The notes under the pieces are model-generated. The model had not been told where the DNA came from, searched no databases, and saw only the letters and a program-made list of their open reading frames with translations. DNA of 64,000 nt from Burkholderiaceae bacterium (lineage in GTDB: Bacteria; Patescibacteriota; Saccharimonadia; Saccharimonadales; AQU-01): assembly GCA_043788365.1 (NCBI GenBank), contig JAYVTZ010000005.1, forward strand, positions 13,249 through 77,248. Reading direction: 5' to 3'. A program made the position numbers and the translations under genes. Positions 50,937 through 61,427 of this stretch are shown in pieces. The stretch's first letter is position 1, and each line of letters begins with the position of its first letter.

Positions 50937-52808
50937 CTAGTTGCTATTCTCATCGGTTTTGCCCCCCTCTTCTTCATGCTTTTGTGTTTCATTGGTTTCG
51001 GCTGCTGCGACGCGGTTAACTTCGTTAATCGTAGTAGTGCCCGCGAGTGCCTTCAGGTAGCCGTCTTGTCTCATCGTAACCATCCCCTGTTCTTCTTCGG
51101 CAGCTTTTTGGATTTCAGAGCTTGTCGAGCGCTTGAGGATTAAATCCTGAATCTTGTCGGTAACTTCAAAAACCTCATACAGCCCCATACGACCTTTATA
51201 GCCGCCAGGGGTTTCAGGAGTATCTTTACCCTTATACAAAGTATAAGCACTATCACCCCTTAGTGGCAAGCTTTCATAGCCGATGTCCTCGGCTACTTTC
51301 GGCATTTCAAGCGCCGTTGTTGGTAGTAAATTACCAATCGCACTCTGTATAGCATTGGTTTCGACCTTATCAGATTGATAAACTTCTTTATTAGTGCCAA
51401 GACGACGAACCAATCTTTGACCAATGATAGTTCGCACCGTACTGGCAATCAAGAATGGCTCGATACCCATATCCAAAAGTCTTGGTAGGATACCGGCAGC
51501 CGAGTTGGTATGTAGGGTCGAGAAAACAAGGTGTCCGGTTAGGGCGGCTTGAACGGCCAAGGTTGCCGTTTCCTTATCACGAATTTCTCCAACCATGATG
51601 ACGTTCGGGTCTTGGCGTAGGATTGACCTAAGGCCTGAGGCAAATGTTAAACCGACCTCACTGTTGACCTGAATCTGATTGATACCGTCCATCTTGTACT
51701 CAACCGGGTCTTCAAGTGTGACAATATTTATGGCGTCACTTTTGATTTCTTGAATCAGCGCATAGAGTGAGGTCGACTTACCAGAACCGGTCGGTCCACT
51801 GGTTAGAATCATGCCATTGGTTTGCTTTAAGCCATTATGGATGGTGCGTAGCGCTCGGCCGTGATAGCCCATTTCTGCCAAATTTAGGCTGGTACCGCTT
51901 TTATCCAACAAACGAATAACAACTTGTTCGCCCCAAACTACTGGCGATATGGCAATACGAAGGTCGATATCCTTACCAGATACCTTGATAGTAAACTGAC
52001 CGTCTTGAGGTATTCGGTGCTCATCAATCTTTAGATTGGATAAAATTTTTATACGTGACACAAGCGGCGGCTCGGTGCTTTTTGGTAGCTTCATGATTTC
52101 TCTAAGTACGCCGTCAATTCTAGCTCTAATTTTAAGCTCTTTCTCGAGTGGCTCAATGTGTATGTCACTAGCCCTATTCTTGGCGGCAAACTCCAAAATA
52201 GCCGACAGCGCCTTACTGATCGGTGAGTCCTGAACAATTGTCTTAATTGTTTTGGGCTTGTCTTTATCTTTGTCTTTGTCCTTATCCTTATCTGATCCCT
52301 GAGTAACTTCCGTATCTGACTGCTTAGCACCACTATTAAAAGCCCCCATGACGTCTTCGTTAAGGTCTTTTTTGTACTGCAGTAAGACATTTCGGATACC
52401 CTCTTCACTGGCGGCATAGACCTTTAACGGACGACCAATTTTGTTAGACAAAAAGTCCACCGCCTGGACGTTATCGGCGTCAAGCATGGCCACGACAAGT
52501 CGATTCTGCATCTCACCCAAAGGTACTGACATATATCTCTCGGCCACCTCTTCTGGCAGCAGCGCTAGTATATCTTGATTAACTTTAGCCTCTAGTAAAT
52601 TTACGTAAGGTAGTTTTGTTACTTGGGCAATGGTCTTTGTCAGAACTTCGTTAGTAATTACCCCACCACTAGTCATGGCGCTGAAGAGAGGCACCTTTTT
52701 AGCATCTGCCTGTGTCTTTAGCGCACCTAATTGCTCTGTAGAAATGACACCACTAGACACCAGCTTGTCTTCAACTTGTTTCTGGACTTCTGCAGAAAGG
52801 ACGCTCAT
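50937..52808 (-). CDS. pilB: Type IV pilus assembly ATPase (GspE/PilB family) with DK-repeat linker
   Basis: GMILTSGPTGSGKSTSLY, IMVGEIRDKETA, TGHLVFSTLHTN. DKDKDKDKDKDK low-complexity insert. Confidence 0.9.
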   Translation of the reverse strand: MSVLSAEVQKQVEDKLVSSGVISTEQLGALKTQADAKKVPLFSAMTSGGVITNEVLTKTIAQVTKLPYVNLLEAKVNQDILALLPEEVAERYMSVPLGEMQNRLVVAMLDADNVQAVDFLSNKIGRPLKVYAASEEGIRNVLLQYKKDLNEDVMGAFNSGAKQSDTEVTQGSDKDKDKDKDKDKPKTIKTIVQDSPISKALSAILEFAAKNRASDIHIEPLEKELKIRARIDGVLREIMKLPKSTEPPLVSRIKILSNLKIDEHRIPQDGQFTIKVSGKDIDLRIAISPVVWGEQVVIRLLDKSGTSLNLAEMGYHGRALRTIHNGLKQTNGMILTSGPTGSGKSTSLYALIQEIKSDAINIVTLEDPVEYKMDGINQIQVNSEVGLTFASGLRSILRQDPNVIMVGEIRDKETATLAVQAALTGHLVFSTLHTNSAAGILPRLLDMGIEPFLIASTVRTIIGQRLVRRLGTNKEVYQSDKVETNAIQSAIGNLLPTTALEMPKVAEDIGYESLPLRGDSAYTLYKGKDTPETPGGYKGRMGLYEVFEVTDKIQDLILKRSTSSEIQKAAEEEQGMVTMRQDGYLKALAGTTTINEVNRVAAAETNETQKHEEEGGKTDENSN

Positions 52809-52822
52809 TTAAACACGTCTCC

Positions 52823-53071
52823 CTAATTTGTAGGCTTAAATGGTTTTGGATTATTATCTTCGCCAATTTGAATGACTTTTGTCGGATCAATCGAATCAGT
52901 ATTAAAATACTTAACGTCTGGCTGAACAAAACCGGCGCTGATTGGGGGCACGATTTCAACTTTGTCCTGGCGATTCTTCGGCGACGAAATCAGTAAATTC
53001 GATAAAAGCAGTGACGCTATAGCCGATATTACCACCACCACCACTATGATTGTTATGTCTTTCTGCTTCAT
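52823..53071 (-). CDS. Small membrane protein in pilus operon (PilP-position)
   Basis: 82-aa ORF with an N-terminal transmembrane helix. 4-nt overlap with the upstream gene. Confidence 0.5.
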   Translation of the reverse strand: MKQKDITIIVVVVVISAIASLLLSNLLISSPKNRQDKVEIVPPISAGFVQPDVKYFNTDSIDPTKVIQIGEDNNPKPFKPTN

Positions 53072-53742
53072 TGTATGACCTTGGTCGTTATAGTTAATGA
53101 TTTACCCGGCTGATAGTATGTTTTTGCACTGAGGTTAAGTGACATATCGTTATCGGACCCAGACAAATTCATATTTAATATCTGAATCGGTCGAATGGAT
53201 TTTTGCAGCGTATCTATGACGGTTTGCACGGCCTGATAGTCACCACCAACCGCAATCGAAAACGGTATTACGACGGCTCCAACGCTTTGTGCTAAACCAG
53301 TATGGGGCTTTAATTGATTAAGCTCGTCGTCCGTACCGGTAATGCCAGTTATTTTTACTCCCTTAATGTTCAGTATTTTCTCTAAGCTGGATGCTAACGC
53401 TGGGAAATCGTACTGACTCGGTAAGGCATCAAGTATTATCTTGGCATTATCGCCATCACGGTCGCCCTTGCCGTCCTTTTTACCGCCGATTATATTGACG
53501 TCTTGGCCAACAAAATCTTCGTAAGTCGTAACTAACTTCTTGATTGCGGCGTCGTTTGCCTTCAACTGATCACGAGCCGTCTCTTTGCCCACAATCACAT
53601 TTTGCTGATAAGCCCTCTGGCCTAGTAGCGCCCTAGAACCAACTATAGAGAAAACAATCACAGCCGAAGCCGCAGAAATCATAATGATTACATTGGTGTT
53701 AGCTTTGTTAATAGTCAGTCGTTTAGGTGAAAATTTAATCAT
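53068..53742 (-). CDS. PilO-like pilus assembly protein
   Basis: Single transmembrane helix plus coiled-coil, in the position between pilN and pilB. Confidence 0.6.
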   Translation of the reverse strand: MIKFSPKRLTINKANTNVIIMISAASAVIVFSIVGSRALLGQRAYQQNVIVGKETARDQLKANDAAIKKLVTTYEDFVGQDVNIIGGKKDGKGDRDGDNAKIILDALPSQYDFPALASSLEKILNIKGVKITGITGTDDELNQLKPHTGLAQSVGAVVIPFSIAVGGDYQAVQTVIDTLQKSIRPIQILNMNLSGSDNDMSLNLSAKTYYQPGKSLTITTKVIQ

Positions 53743-54422
53743 GGTTTTGCCTTTGTATCTATTGGTGCCTGGAATAGTGCGGTTGGTTTTTCAGTTTCGC
53801 TACGAGTACTGATTATCTTTGGAACGACAAGGTCCAGCGTCGTCTTACTGTCAAATATTTTTGGGTCAAAAATACTATCGATAGAATAGCTACTCGATTT
53901 TTCAGCCCGCAAAAAATTGGATAATACAGTCGAAGAAAAAGCTTTAGTGGTATTGGTCTGATCTTTGACCTTATAGGTTGTAAATTTAAGGGTGTCGACA
54001 AATTTATTGACTGTGCTGATAGAATCGGCGCCACCAGATATAGATAGCGTATTTGTGGCGAAATCAATCTGGATTTTTGATATCGAGACTTGATTTGGCG
54101 TAATGGCGGTAATATAAGTGAACAACCGACTAGCGACCGGTTTTTGGTCATGAAGAGTAGTTAGCCCTGTTAACTGATTTTGAATTGTAAGGACTTTGTT
54201 TAGATCCTGAACATTTCTGAGCTGCTTATCGTATTTTGCAATATCTTTTTCGACATCAGTTATGTGTTTTTTCTGAGCAAAATTAACAAAGATAAATAAC
54301 AGTATTAGTACCGTTAGGGCTACGGCGGCACTAAGTAGCGACCCGAGCATGACTAGTCTTTTTAGTCGCTTCGCCCTAATCAGCTGCAGTTTTATATCTG
54401 GTAGTAGGTTGAACTGTATCAT
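53739..54422 (-). CDS. pilN: PilN-like pilus assembly protein
   Basis: MIQFNLLPDIKLQLIRAKRLKR followed by a transmembrane helix, the typical PilN N-terminus. Confidence 0.7.
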   Translation of the reverse strand: MIQFNLLPDIKLQLIRAKRLKRLVMLGSLLSAAVALTVLILLFIFVNFAQKKHITDVEKDIAKYDKQLRNVQDLNKVLTIQNQLTGLTTLHDQKPVASRLFTYITAITPNQVSISKIQIDFATNTLSISGGADSISTVNKFVDTLKFTTYKVKDQTNTTKAFSSTVLSNFLRAEKSSSYSIDSIFDPKIFDSKTTLDLVVPKIISTRSETEKPTALFQAPIDTKAKP

Positions 54423-55462
54423 TCAATGCGCTCCGCAAGACCAGCCGCAACACCAAAATGGTTCGAAACTGCCAATAGTTCATTTTGTCTTTCGGCTGGG
54501 AATGACACGTTACGCCACGAGTTGCCTATCTCAGTGCTGATACCAAACTTATTAGCAATAAATAGCGGGAATTCTGGTAGTACCGAAGCCGCACCAGTCA
54601 CAATAATGCGTTCGATTCTGCTATTTGCACCGTAACGAGCTAAGAAAAACTTGATAGACTTCTCGATTTCAACCACGAGCGAATCAACCGTACCAGCGAT
54701 GGCATTGTAAATTTGGCCTTCAAGTTTATCTTTGTTGAGGCCAAACTTAAAAACAAATTGTTGGGCTTGTTTGTCGTCGATATTTAAGTTCTGAGCTGCG
54801 GTGCGGACCATGACTTCAGCACCAGTCAAGATTGACCTAGTTAGCCTCGGGCCGCCATTAACACTAATTACTATGTCAGTGCTCTTATTACCGATGTCTA
54901 TAACCATTTGTGGACCAGTAGCACCGATTGGAATCATTGCCCTAGCAAGTGCTAAATTATCAGGCTCGAATGATATTACATTTAGCCCACTGGCCTCTAG
55001 TAATTCTAGTCTTTGTTCAACAAATGAGTTGGCCACGCTTGATAACAATATTTCAACTTTGTTCTTGTCCTTGGGTGAGTCACCAAGTAATGCCCAGTCA
55101 ATCTTGGACTCGGCGATTGGGGTTGGGATTAAAGAATCAGCCTGGTAACGGATCGACTTAGAAAGTTCCTTGGGCGAAAGCCTGTCAATGTCTACTACAG
55201 TCGTAAACACCTTCTGCGACGGTATGCCAACGGCTACATTCTTGGTACTCACTCTAGCTTGACCTAGTAGGTCATGGACAGCCTGGACGACCTTCTGTTG
55301 GTCGGCTTTGGCATCACTCATCGAGATTCGACTATCGAGCGGAACATAGGCGTATTTTGTCAGTGTCTTGACGGGTCCATTGCCGCCCAGCTGAACTAGC
55401 CTTATGGCAGTTGTGCCCATATCAAGTCCGAAAAATTCAGATACCCCACTCAAGATGCTCAT
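54419..55462 (-). CDS. pilM: Type IV pilus assembly protein PilM (actin-like ATPase fold)
   Basis: GLDMGTTAIRLVQL..., IDIGNKSTDIVI, VTGAASVLPEF. Confidence 0.85.
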   Translation of the reverse strand: MSILSGVSEFFGLDMGTTAIRLVQLGGNGPVKTLTKYAYVPLDSRISMSDAKADQQKVVQAVHDLLGQARVSTKNVAVGIPSQKVFTTVVDIDRLSPKELSKSIRYQADSLIPTPIAESKIDWALLGDSPKDKNKVEILLSSVANSFVEQRLELLEASGLNVISFEPDNLALARAMIPIGATGPQMVIDIGNKSTDIVISVNGGPRLTRSILTGAEVMVRTAAQNLNIDDKQAQQFVFKFGLNKDKLEGQIYNAIAGTVDSLVVEIEKSIKFFLARYGANSRIERIIVTGAASVLPEFPLFIANKFGISTEIGNSWRNVSFPAERQNELLAVSNHFGVAAGLAERIE

Positions 55463-55519
55463 ATTATGCTAATTATAGCATAAGCACTGATGTTAAAAAC
55501 AGGTTTCTTGTGTCTGTTT

Positions 55520-58500
55520 TTAAAGGACTGGCGGTAAGCCCGTAAAGTTATCCAGTTTAGTTGTACCCGTAGTCAAATTCAGGGCTTTTTGATTTGGTGT
55601 GGCAATCCAGAATGATGGGTCAAAAATAAACTTTTCGGCTGGATTGGTCGATGTCGAGTTCTCTGCCGCCGGTGCAACACCAACACCACCATGAGTACGC
55701 TGGAACTTAATATTCTGAGCCGTAAAGGCGCCACGAATTGTGAGTTCGTTGTCACAGCTAGTGGCTTTAACGGCATCAGGGATAGAGTTGAACTTACTAG
55801 TACAGGTTAGGATATTGCCACCGGCGTTAGCAACCGGCAATGTAGCCGGGCAATACTTAACCGGTAAGGCTATAAACCAGCCATCTACCTCCGTAACGTT
55901 CTTATCGATAAAGATATTGCCACAGACAACCATGGTGAAGTACGGAATATCAGACGGCTGAGCCCATAGCGTGGCCGGGTATTTAATATCGCTCAGGATT
56001 TCCACATCACCATCAACGAAGGTGGTTACATTATGGTTCAAGGTAACAACATTCGGAGCCACGTTAGTATTTGGCGCCGAAGGTGCTCCATAAACCACTG
56101 GGTAGGCCGAAATCGCATAACAGTGGTCGGATGACGATAAATATGTCTGGTCGCTAATCTCACCACAACCGCTGGTCCCCTTGCCGCTACTACTGTTAGT
56201 ACTGGCATCAATATCTATCTGTGGCGTTCCGGCTAGGTTAGTTATCTGAATAAGTCTAAGCTCATTCTTATTGGTATTATTTGCTATGTGCTTTATTGTC
56301 GTCGGGTCGCGCAAATCGTTCCAATAGTTGGGGATACAAGCGACTCCACCAAAGTTACCGCCGAGTGGGGCTCCTGCCAAGTTATTGTTAGCAAAGGTTA
56401 GTCCTGTCGGCGACAGTGGCGTGCTAGTACGCAGCGTCGCCGAGGCAAACCCATCAATTATACCGTTAGCTACAGCGGCATATTGTGTAGATGCACCTCT
56501 CCAGCTACCATCGCTTAGAGTCTTTCCAGAAGTCTTAAGTATGCCACTCCCGCCGGCAACACAAGCACCAGTGGTGCTGACAAATTCAGCACCCGACCTG
56601 ACATCGCCACCAAAGACTTTGAAGTATGGCCGCTTGATTACATTAATTGTGCCGGTGCAAACCTTAGACGGCACTGGGAATGGTACTGGTACTGGTGTTG
56701 GTGACGGCACTGGTGTTGATTTTGGAGCACTCTTTGGGGTTGGAGTGTTCTTGACGTTAGCGGGAGTAGTTTTTGGCGTGGCACCAGTCGGTGTGGCCTT
56801 TGGTGTACCGGTTTGTGGGGGTGGTGAACTCTTTGGAGTAGCAGTTGGTGTTGGGGTGCCTTTCGGCGTAGTGACTGGGGTTGGGGCTGGGGTACCACCA
56901 CCGCCACTTACACCAAGCACCGCCGGAACTGACACCGTCCAGGTTACTGGTACTTGGGCCGGTGCTCCAGGCATGGTTGCAGTTATATTAGAACTAGTCG
57001 CCGATTGTCCACCGACAAGCGGTGGCACTGGTACAACCGTAGGATTAGGTGCAATAGCAGCGCCATTTACCGTCACTGAGACCTGTGCATCAGTAATATC
57101 AGTGTTAGTTGAGAACCCTACCACCAAATTTGTCAATGTATCGCCAACGTCGGCATCAGTAGGAGTGACGTTACCACAAACAATCGGTGAAATCGGCGTA
57201 ACTTCATACTTACCACTACATATATCTGTCGCCCAGCCTACCCCAGGTATGACTAGTCCCCAATTAAAGTCGACGTCGTGCTGATATTTATTCGGTGCAA
57301 ACATATCATACGCAGCTAAAGGACCATTTGTGGTTGATTTAGTGGCCGTCAAGAATGTCAGTGTCCCATCCGCCGCAATCGGACCACCCGCCCGTAAATA
57401 GGATTTATCACTTGATGTTAGTAGATAGTTGGTGATGTCTCCCGAAGGCACCTCATTACCCCAACCAATATCGTTAACACCTATGGTGTAGCCATTGGCA
57501 TTAGCAACAGGCACACTGAAGCCGATTTTGTCGCCAGGGTGGATAACAGTCGGATCGGCGGCATTGGTTATACTAAATACCGTAACATTTCCGCAACTTG
57601 GTATTGGTCCGCAGTCATATGATGCCGCCGGACCAGTCCCCGCCATCAATACCTGCAGTGAGTTCACGTCTCCGACTCCCGTCACGTTGGCAATATAGGC
57701 CGACGTACTAACTATGGTCGTCGTTCCACCAGGAACATTATTACCTCCTGGGAAGTACCAAGTGTCATCATTGCCACCATCAATTAATAGTCCGGGCGGT
57801 GGCACTTTCCAGCCAAGATGCGCACCTGTCTTCCTATCAACCTCTTCAAGTGTTACTCTCATATTATTTTGATAATTGCCGTGATCGGCATCATAGATGG
57901 CGACGTGACCCTGTATAACTGAGCCTAGACTACAGTTACTGGCAAAGGCAATTGTTTCGTTCCACTCTATCCCGCTCGCATTCCAAGCATCGATGGTTGA
58001 GTAGGCCACGCCAGTTTGCGGACATGAAAATGGATAAGTTGTCAGTTCACACACTCCTGGGTATAGCGACTGATTCAATACACCAATTAATACACCTGGG
58101 TTCTGTCCGTCGAGCCGATAATGGTTAACATACCAGCTCCAGCCATCAGGATGAGGCCTTATCGCTTGGCCAACAAATAAGTATATTAATCTGTCTTTAT
58201 CAACCAGCGTTGGTGATGCTGTAAAGGTATAGTCTATGTCTGGTGAGGTGGCACAGCTAGCATCATCAGAAGATTTTAGGGCACCAACTAGCCCCTTCGC
58301 GGTTTTGTCAGGATTGAGAGAAAGAAAACTAAACCAGGTGGTTGCCGTATAGCCATAGGTCACTCTGCCAGCAGGTCTATCTGCTGCCGTGGAGTCACAA
58401 GCATCTGTTATTCTGATTGTAATGTTTGTGCCGGCTTGGGCGACTGGCACATAGACTGCAATGTAGTTCATCGCACCCTTCATGCATCTTGTCGTGTCTG

Positions 58501-58711
58501 TCGAACAAAGCTCGTTAAGCGTCCAAGTAGCACGAGGCGTCCCATTGGCATTTGTGCTATTTGTCTGGTCTGGATATGAGGGCGAGGCATAACCACCAGC
58601 GGCGTGAGCAGAGTGAGTAAACATTAGCAACCAAAAAGATATCAGCGCTAAACTAAGTGGAAGAAAGCTCAATCTCTTACTGATATTACCTGCCGGCATT
58701 TGCACCCCCAA
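55520..58711 (-). CDS. Large secreted protein (1063 aa) with Pro/Thr/Lys-rich linker, directly upstream of pilM
   Basis: Signal-like N-terminus ending HSAHAAGG. ~80-aa linker TPAPTPVTTPKGTPTPTATPKSSPPPQTGTPKATP... Confidence 0.8.
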   Translation of the reverse strand: MGVQMPAGNISKRLSFLPLSLALISFWLLMFTHSAHAAGGYASPSYPDQTNSTNANGTPRATWTLNELCSTDTTRCMKGAMNYIAVYVPVAQAGTNITIRITDACDSTAADRPAGRVTYGYTATTWFSFLSLNPDKTAKGLVGALKSSDDASCATSPDIDYTFTASPTLVDKDRLIYLFVGQAIRPHPDGWSWYVNHYRLDGQNPGVLIGVLNQSLYPGVCELTTYPFSCPQTGVAYSTIDAWNASGIEWNETIAFASNCSLGSVIQGHVAIYDADHGNYQNNMRVTLEEVDRKTGAHLGWKVPPPGLLIDGGNDDTWYFPGGNNVPGGTTTIVSTSAYIANVTGVGDVNSLQVLMAGTGPAASYDCGPIPSCGNVTVFSITNAADPTVIHPGDKIGFSVPVANANGYTIGVNDIGWGNEVPSGDITNYLLTSSDKSYLRAGGPIAADGTLTFLTATKSTTNGPLAAYDMFAPNKYQHDVDFNWGLVIPGVGWATDICSGKYEVTPISPIVCGNVTPTDADVGDTLTNLVVGFSTNTDITDAQVSVTVNGAAIAPNPTVVPVPPLVGGQSATSSNITATMPGAPAQVPVTWTVSVPAVLGVSGGGGTPAPTPVTTPKGTPTPTATPKSSPPPQTGTPKATPTGATPKTTPANVKNTPTPKSAPKSTPVPSPTPVPVPFPVPSKVCTGTINVIKRPYFKVFGGDVRSGAEFVSTTGACVAGGSGILKTSGKTLSDGSWRGASTQYAAVANGIIDGFASATLRTSTPLSPTGLTFANNNLAGAPLGGNFGGVACIPNYWNDLRDPTTIKHIANNTNKNELRLIQITNLAGTPQIDIDASTNSSSGKGTSGCGEISDQTYLSSSDHCYAISAYPVVYGAPSAPNTNVAPNVVTLNHNVTTFVDGDVEILSDIKYPATLWAQPSDIPYFTMVVCGNIFIDKNVTEVDGWFIALPVKYCPATLPVANAGGNILTCTSKFNSIPDAVKATSCDNELTIRGAFTAQNIKFQRTHGGVGVAPAAENSTSTNPAEKFIFDPSFWIATPNQKALNLTTGTTKLDNFTGLPPVL

Positions 58712-59201
58712 AGTCGCTCTGCTTGGCCTCGCCTAGCGCGACTTTAATCTCGAAGTCGTAATAAGCTTTTTCGTCGCTAACAAGAGTTGCGCCTGCGAGT
58801 AATTTATCTGCACCATCTTTACAACCGCCTGATGCGGCAGTATCTTTGTTGTTTGCAAGTGCCGCCTGTATACAAATAGAGTAGGCTTCTATACGCGTAG
58901 CGACCGAGAGTCCAGTATCGTCATAAATAGCTTTAACTTGTTTGATTGCTTCTTGATACTTCTTAGCATCTAAGCTTGCCTGTTCGATTGCAACATCGGC
59001 CTGCCCAGCGAGCTCTTTACTCATTGGGGCGTTCTGCTTCCTCAGGTCAATCAGTGATAGCGCTTGGCTAGTTTGAGTGGACGAGATCGTAGTCACAGGT
59101 TTACGGTGTGAATTGGCAATAAGTATCGTTAAAGTCGCAACCAAAGCAATAGCGAATAGTACGCCAATTACCCAATACCGCCATTTCTTAAGCATATACA
59201 T
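58686..59201 (-). CDS. Hypothetical membrane-anchored protein
   Basis: 171-aa ORF with an N-terminal transmembrane helix. Overlaps the next gene by 26 nt. Confidence 0.55.
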   Translation of the reverse strand: MYMLKKWRYWVIGVLFAIALVATLTILIANSHRKPVTTISSTQTSQALSLIDLRKQNAPMSKELAGQADVAIEQASLDAKKYQEAIKQVKAIYDDTGLSVATRIEAYSICIQAALANNKDTAASGGCKDGADKLLAGATLVSDEKAYYDFEIKVALGEAKQSDFGGANAGR

Positions 59202-59252
59202 AATATAGCAGATTATAAATTGAAGTGACAGTGTCTGAAAAGTAATATTTTT

Positions 59253-60164
59253 CTAGTGAAGCTGGGGGTTTATTTCCTGCTTATCGTGACGCCGTGCTAT
59301 CAGGGCAACCCCACCTACAGCAGCAGCCGTTACTAGCCCTGCTAAAATTATCCCGAGCTCATGACTGTCAGTACTTTCTGGACTAGATGATTGCCCCGTT
59401 CCAGCGGCAATCAACCTAAGCGTGCTTGATGTAGCGACCGAAGTATTATCAAGCTCAGTAACTGAAGCGCTATCCGGCACAACCTGCTCTGTACTTGGTG
59501 CGTTTGTTGGGGATGGGGTAATCGCTACTTCTGTTGGGGCTGGAGTGGTCGGTGTGACGTCATAGATTGAAGCAAGGCTTTTGCTAAAACCGTCGGGACT
59601 AGTTGATAGGGCTATGATTGTCTGCTCGCCTGTTAGTGTGGCAGGGTCTAGCCCACGCGCTAACATGTCTGCTTTGACCTCGGTCAAGCCTGCCTCGCCA
59701 ATACCAGGGCTGTGGTCATTGGCTTCATACCCCATTGACACAATCTCACCGGTATCAATGTTGTACGTAACTGAAAAGCCATCGCCGTCCTCGTCTCTTT
59801 GTCCAAGGTGTGGTTGCGTAGTAGTCGTGACAGCAGGCCTTGGTTTAGGCGGGGTATTACCTTGGCCAGGTCCAGGGGGCCTTTGGCCTGGCGGTAGGGG
59901 CAGATATACCGCACAACCAATAAATACACCATTTATATATTCTGGCACGTTTATCCCAGTACAGTCACTAGGATCAAGGGCACTAGCCTTTGAATTCATG
60001 CCAAAAGTTGCAACCCCAACCATCCCAAGTCCAACAGCCGTCTTTAACCAAGATCTTTTATCATGCAGAGGAGCTAACTCTTGGACAGATAAATTCTGAG
60101 TACCAGCTGGTATAAATTCAAAGCCACTTGCTGCTTCGCTTGTTGCTAATCGTGGATCCACCAT
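59253..60164 (-). CDS. Hypothetical secreted Pro-rich protein with C-terminal membrane anchor
   Basis: PLPPGQRPPGPGQGNTPPKPRP segment. C-terminal hydrophobic helix followed by RRHDK. Confidence 0.6.
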   Translation of the reverse strand: MVDPRLATSEAASGFEFIPAGTQNLSVQELAPLHDKRSWLKTAVGLGMVGVATFGMNSKASALDPSDCTGINVPEYINGVFIGCAVYLPLPPGQRPPGPGQGNTPPKPRPAVTTTTQPHLGQRDEDGDGFSVTYNIDTGEIVSMGYEANDHSPGIGEAGLTEVKADMLARGLDPATLTGEQTIIALSTSPDGFSKSLASIYDVTPTTPAPTEVAITPSPTNAPSTEQVVPDSASVTELDNTSVATSSTLRLIAAGTGQSSSPESTDSHELGIILAGLVTAAAVGGVALIARRHDKQEINPQLH

Positions 60165-60330
60165 AATACCCTCACTCTCAAAGCCACATTATATTCCAAT
60201 TTAATTATTCAATTATTGGCTTATATAAGTCAAACAACTTACTATAAATTACTACATTTAGTCAACTGGGGTTCTGTTTTGCATCGATTTGATATATATA
60301 AGCTACCTTATCTGTTAAAATGGCTAGTAC

Positions 60331-61419
60331 ATGAGTTCACTATCTATAGGCATTGTCGGTCTACCAAATGTTGGCAAAAGCACTCTATTTAACGCTTTAA
60401 CTGATAACAATGTGTTGGCGGCAAACTACCCTTTTGCAACGATTGAGCCCAATACTGGGATTGTGCCGATTCCTGATGAACGACTTCTCAAGTTGGTCGA
60501 ACTTTACTCGGCTAAAAAAATCGTTCCGGCCACAGTAACTTTTGTCGACATCGCTGGGCTGGTTGCTGGTGCCTCGACTGGCGAAGGCCTTGGCAACCAA
60601 TTCTTAAGTCATATCCGTAGTACTAACGCGATAGTTCATGTTGTTCGCGCCTTCAGTGATGCTAATGTTCTTCATGTTGACGAGCAGCACGATCCTAAAA
60701 AAGATATTGATGTTATCAACACCGAGCTTATTTTGGCAGATTTGCAAACAGTCGAAAAACGCCTACCCCGTCTCGACAAAGAGGCTCGTATCAATCCAAA
60801 GCTGAAACCAACCTACGATGCCCTAGTTGAAGTAAATAAAGTTTTAAACGATGGTGAACTTATTTCTGCAAAACCAGAACTGCTTAAATCCGACTACGAA
60901 CTTCTAGCTGACTTGCAGTTAATTACAGCCAAATCCGTAATCTATGCTTTTAATGTTGATGAAGTGACTTTGGCTGATGACTCCAAAAAACAAGAACTCT
61001 CAAAGCTAGTCGAGCCTGCTAAGGCATTATTCATATGTGCAAAACTTGAGAGCGAACTTCGCGGGCTCGATGAAGCCGACCGAACAGAATTGTTAGAAAG
61101 TTATGGCCAGCATGAGTCTGGGTTAGTCCAATTAATCCACACTGCCTATGATGTACTTGGCCTACAGAGCTACCTAACGGCTGGTGAACAAGAAGTTCGG
61201 GCTTGGACAATTCATAAAGGTGATACTGCACCACAAGCAGCAGGTGTTATTCATGGCGACTTTGAGCGCGGCTTTATCGCTGCCCAAATAGTTGATTATA
61301 ATGACCTAATATCGGCTGGGTCAGAACAAAACGCGAAGGCCGCTGGCAAAGTTCGTACTGAAGGTAAAACTTATGTCATGCGGCCTGACGACGTTGTTGA
61401 ATTTCGATTTAATGTCTAG
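60331..61419 (+). CDS. ychF: Ribosome-binding ATPase YchF
   Basis: IGIVGLPNVGKSTLFNALT, DIAGLV, and a TGS-like C-terminus. Confidence 0.95.
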   Translation: MSSLSIGIVGLPNVGKSTLFNALTDNNVLAANYPFATIEPNTGIVPIPDERLLKLVELYSAKKIVPATVTFVDIAGLVAGASTGEGLGNQFLSHIRSTNAIVHVVRAFSDANVLHVDEQHDPKKDIDVINTELILADLQTVEKRLPRLDKEARINPKLKPTYDALVEVNKVLNDGELISAKPELLKSDYELLADLQLITAKSVIYAFNVDEVTLADDSKKQELSKLVEPAKALFICAKLESELRGLDEADRTELLESYGQHESGLVQLIHTAYDVLGLQSYLTAGEQEVRAWTIHKGDTAPQAAGVIHGDFERGFIAAQIVDYNDLISAGSEQNAKAAGKVRTEGKTYVMRPDDVVEFRFNV

Positions 61420-61427
61420 GTTGGTGG

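Noticed and set aside
52255-52300. Short tandem repeat in pilB (and heptad arrays elsewhere) as possible CRISPR or satellite
   Set aside because: The repeat units are 6-7 bp with no spacers, and there are no cas genes. The pilB repeat simply encodes a DK-repeat linker in frame.
56328-57284. 318-aa plus-strand ORF (and other ORFs at 56638-56907, 57495-57698) inside the 1063-aa gene
   Set aside because: It is antisense to a much longer, coherent ORF. Its Gly/Val/Pro-rich translation is the mirror of the Pro/Thr linker, making it a typical shadow ORF.
59581-60099. 172-aa plus-strand ORF
   Set aside because: It is antisense to the 303-aa Pro-rich protein gene and has low-complexity composition, so it is a shadow ORF.
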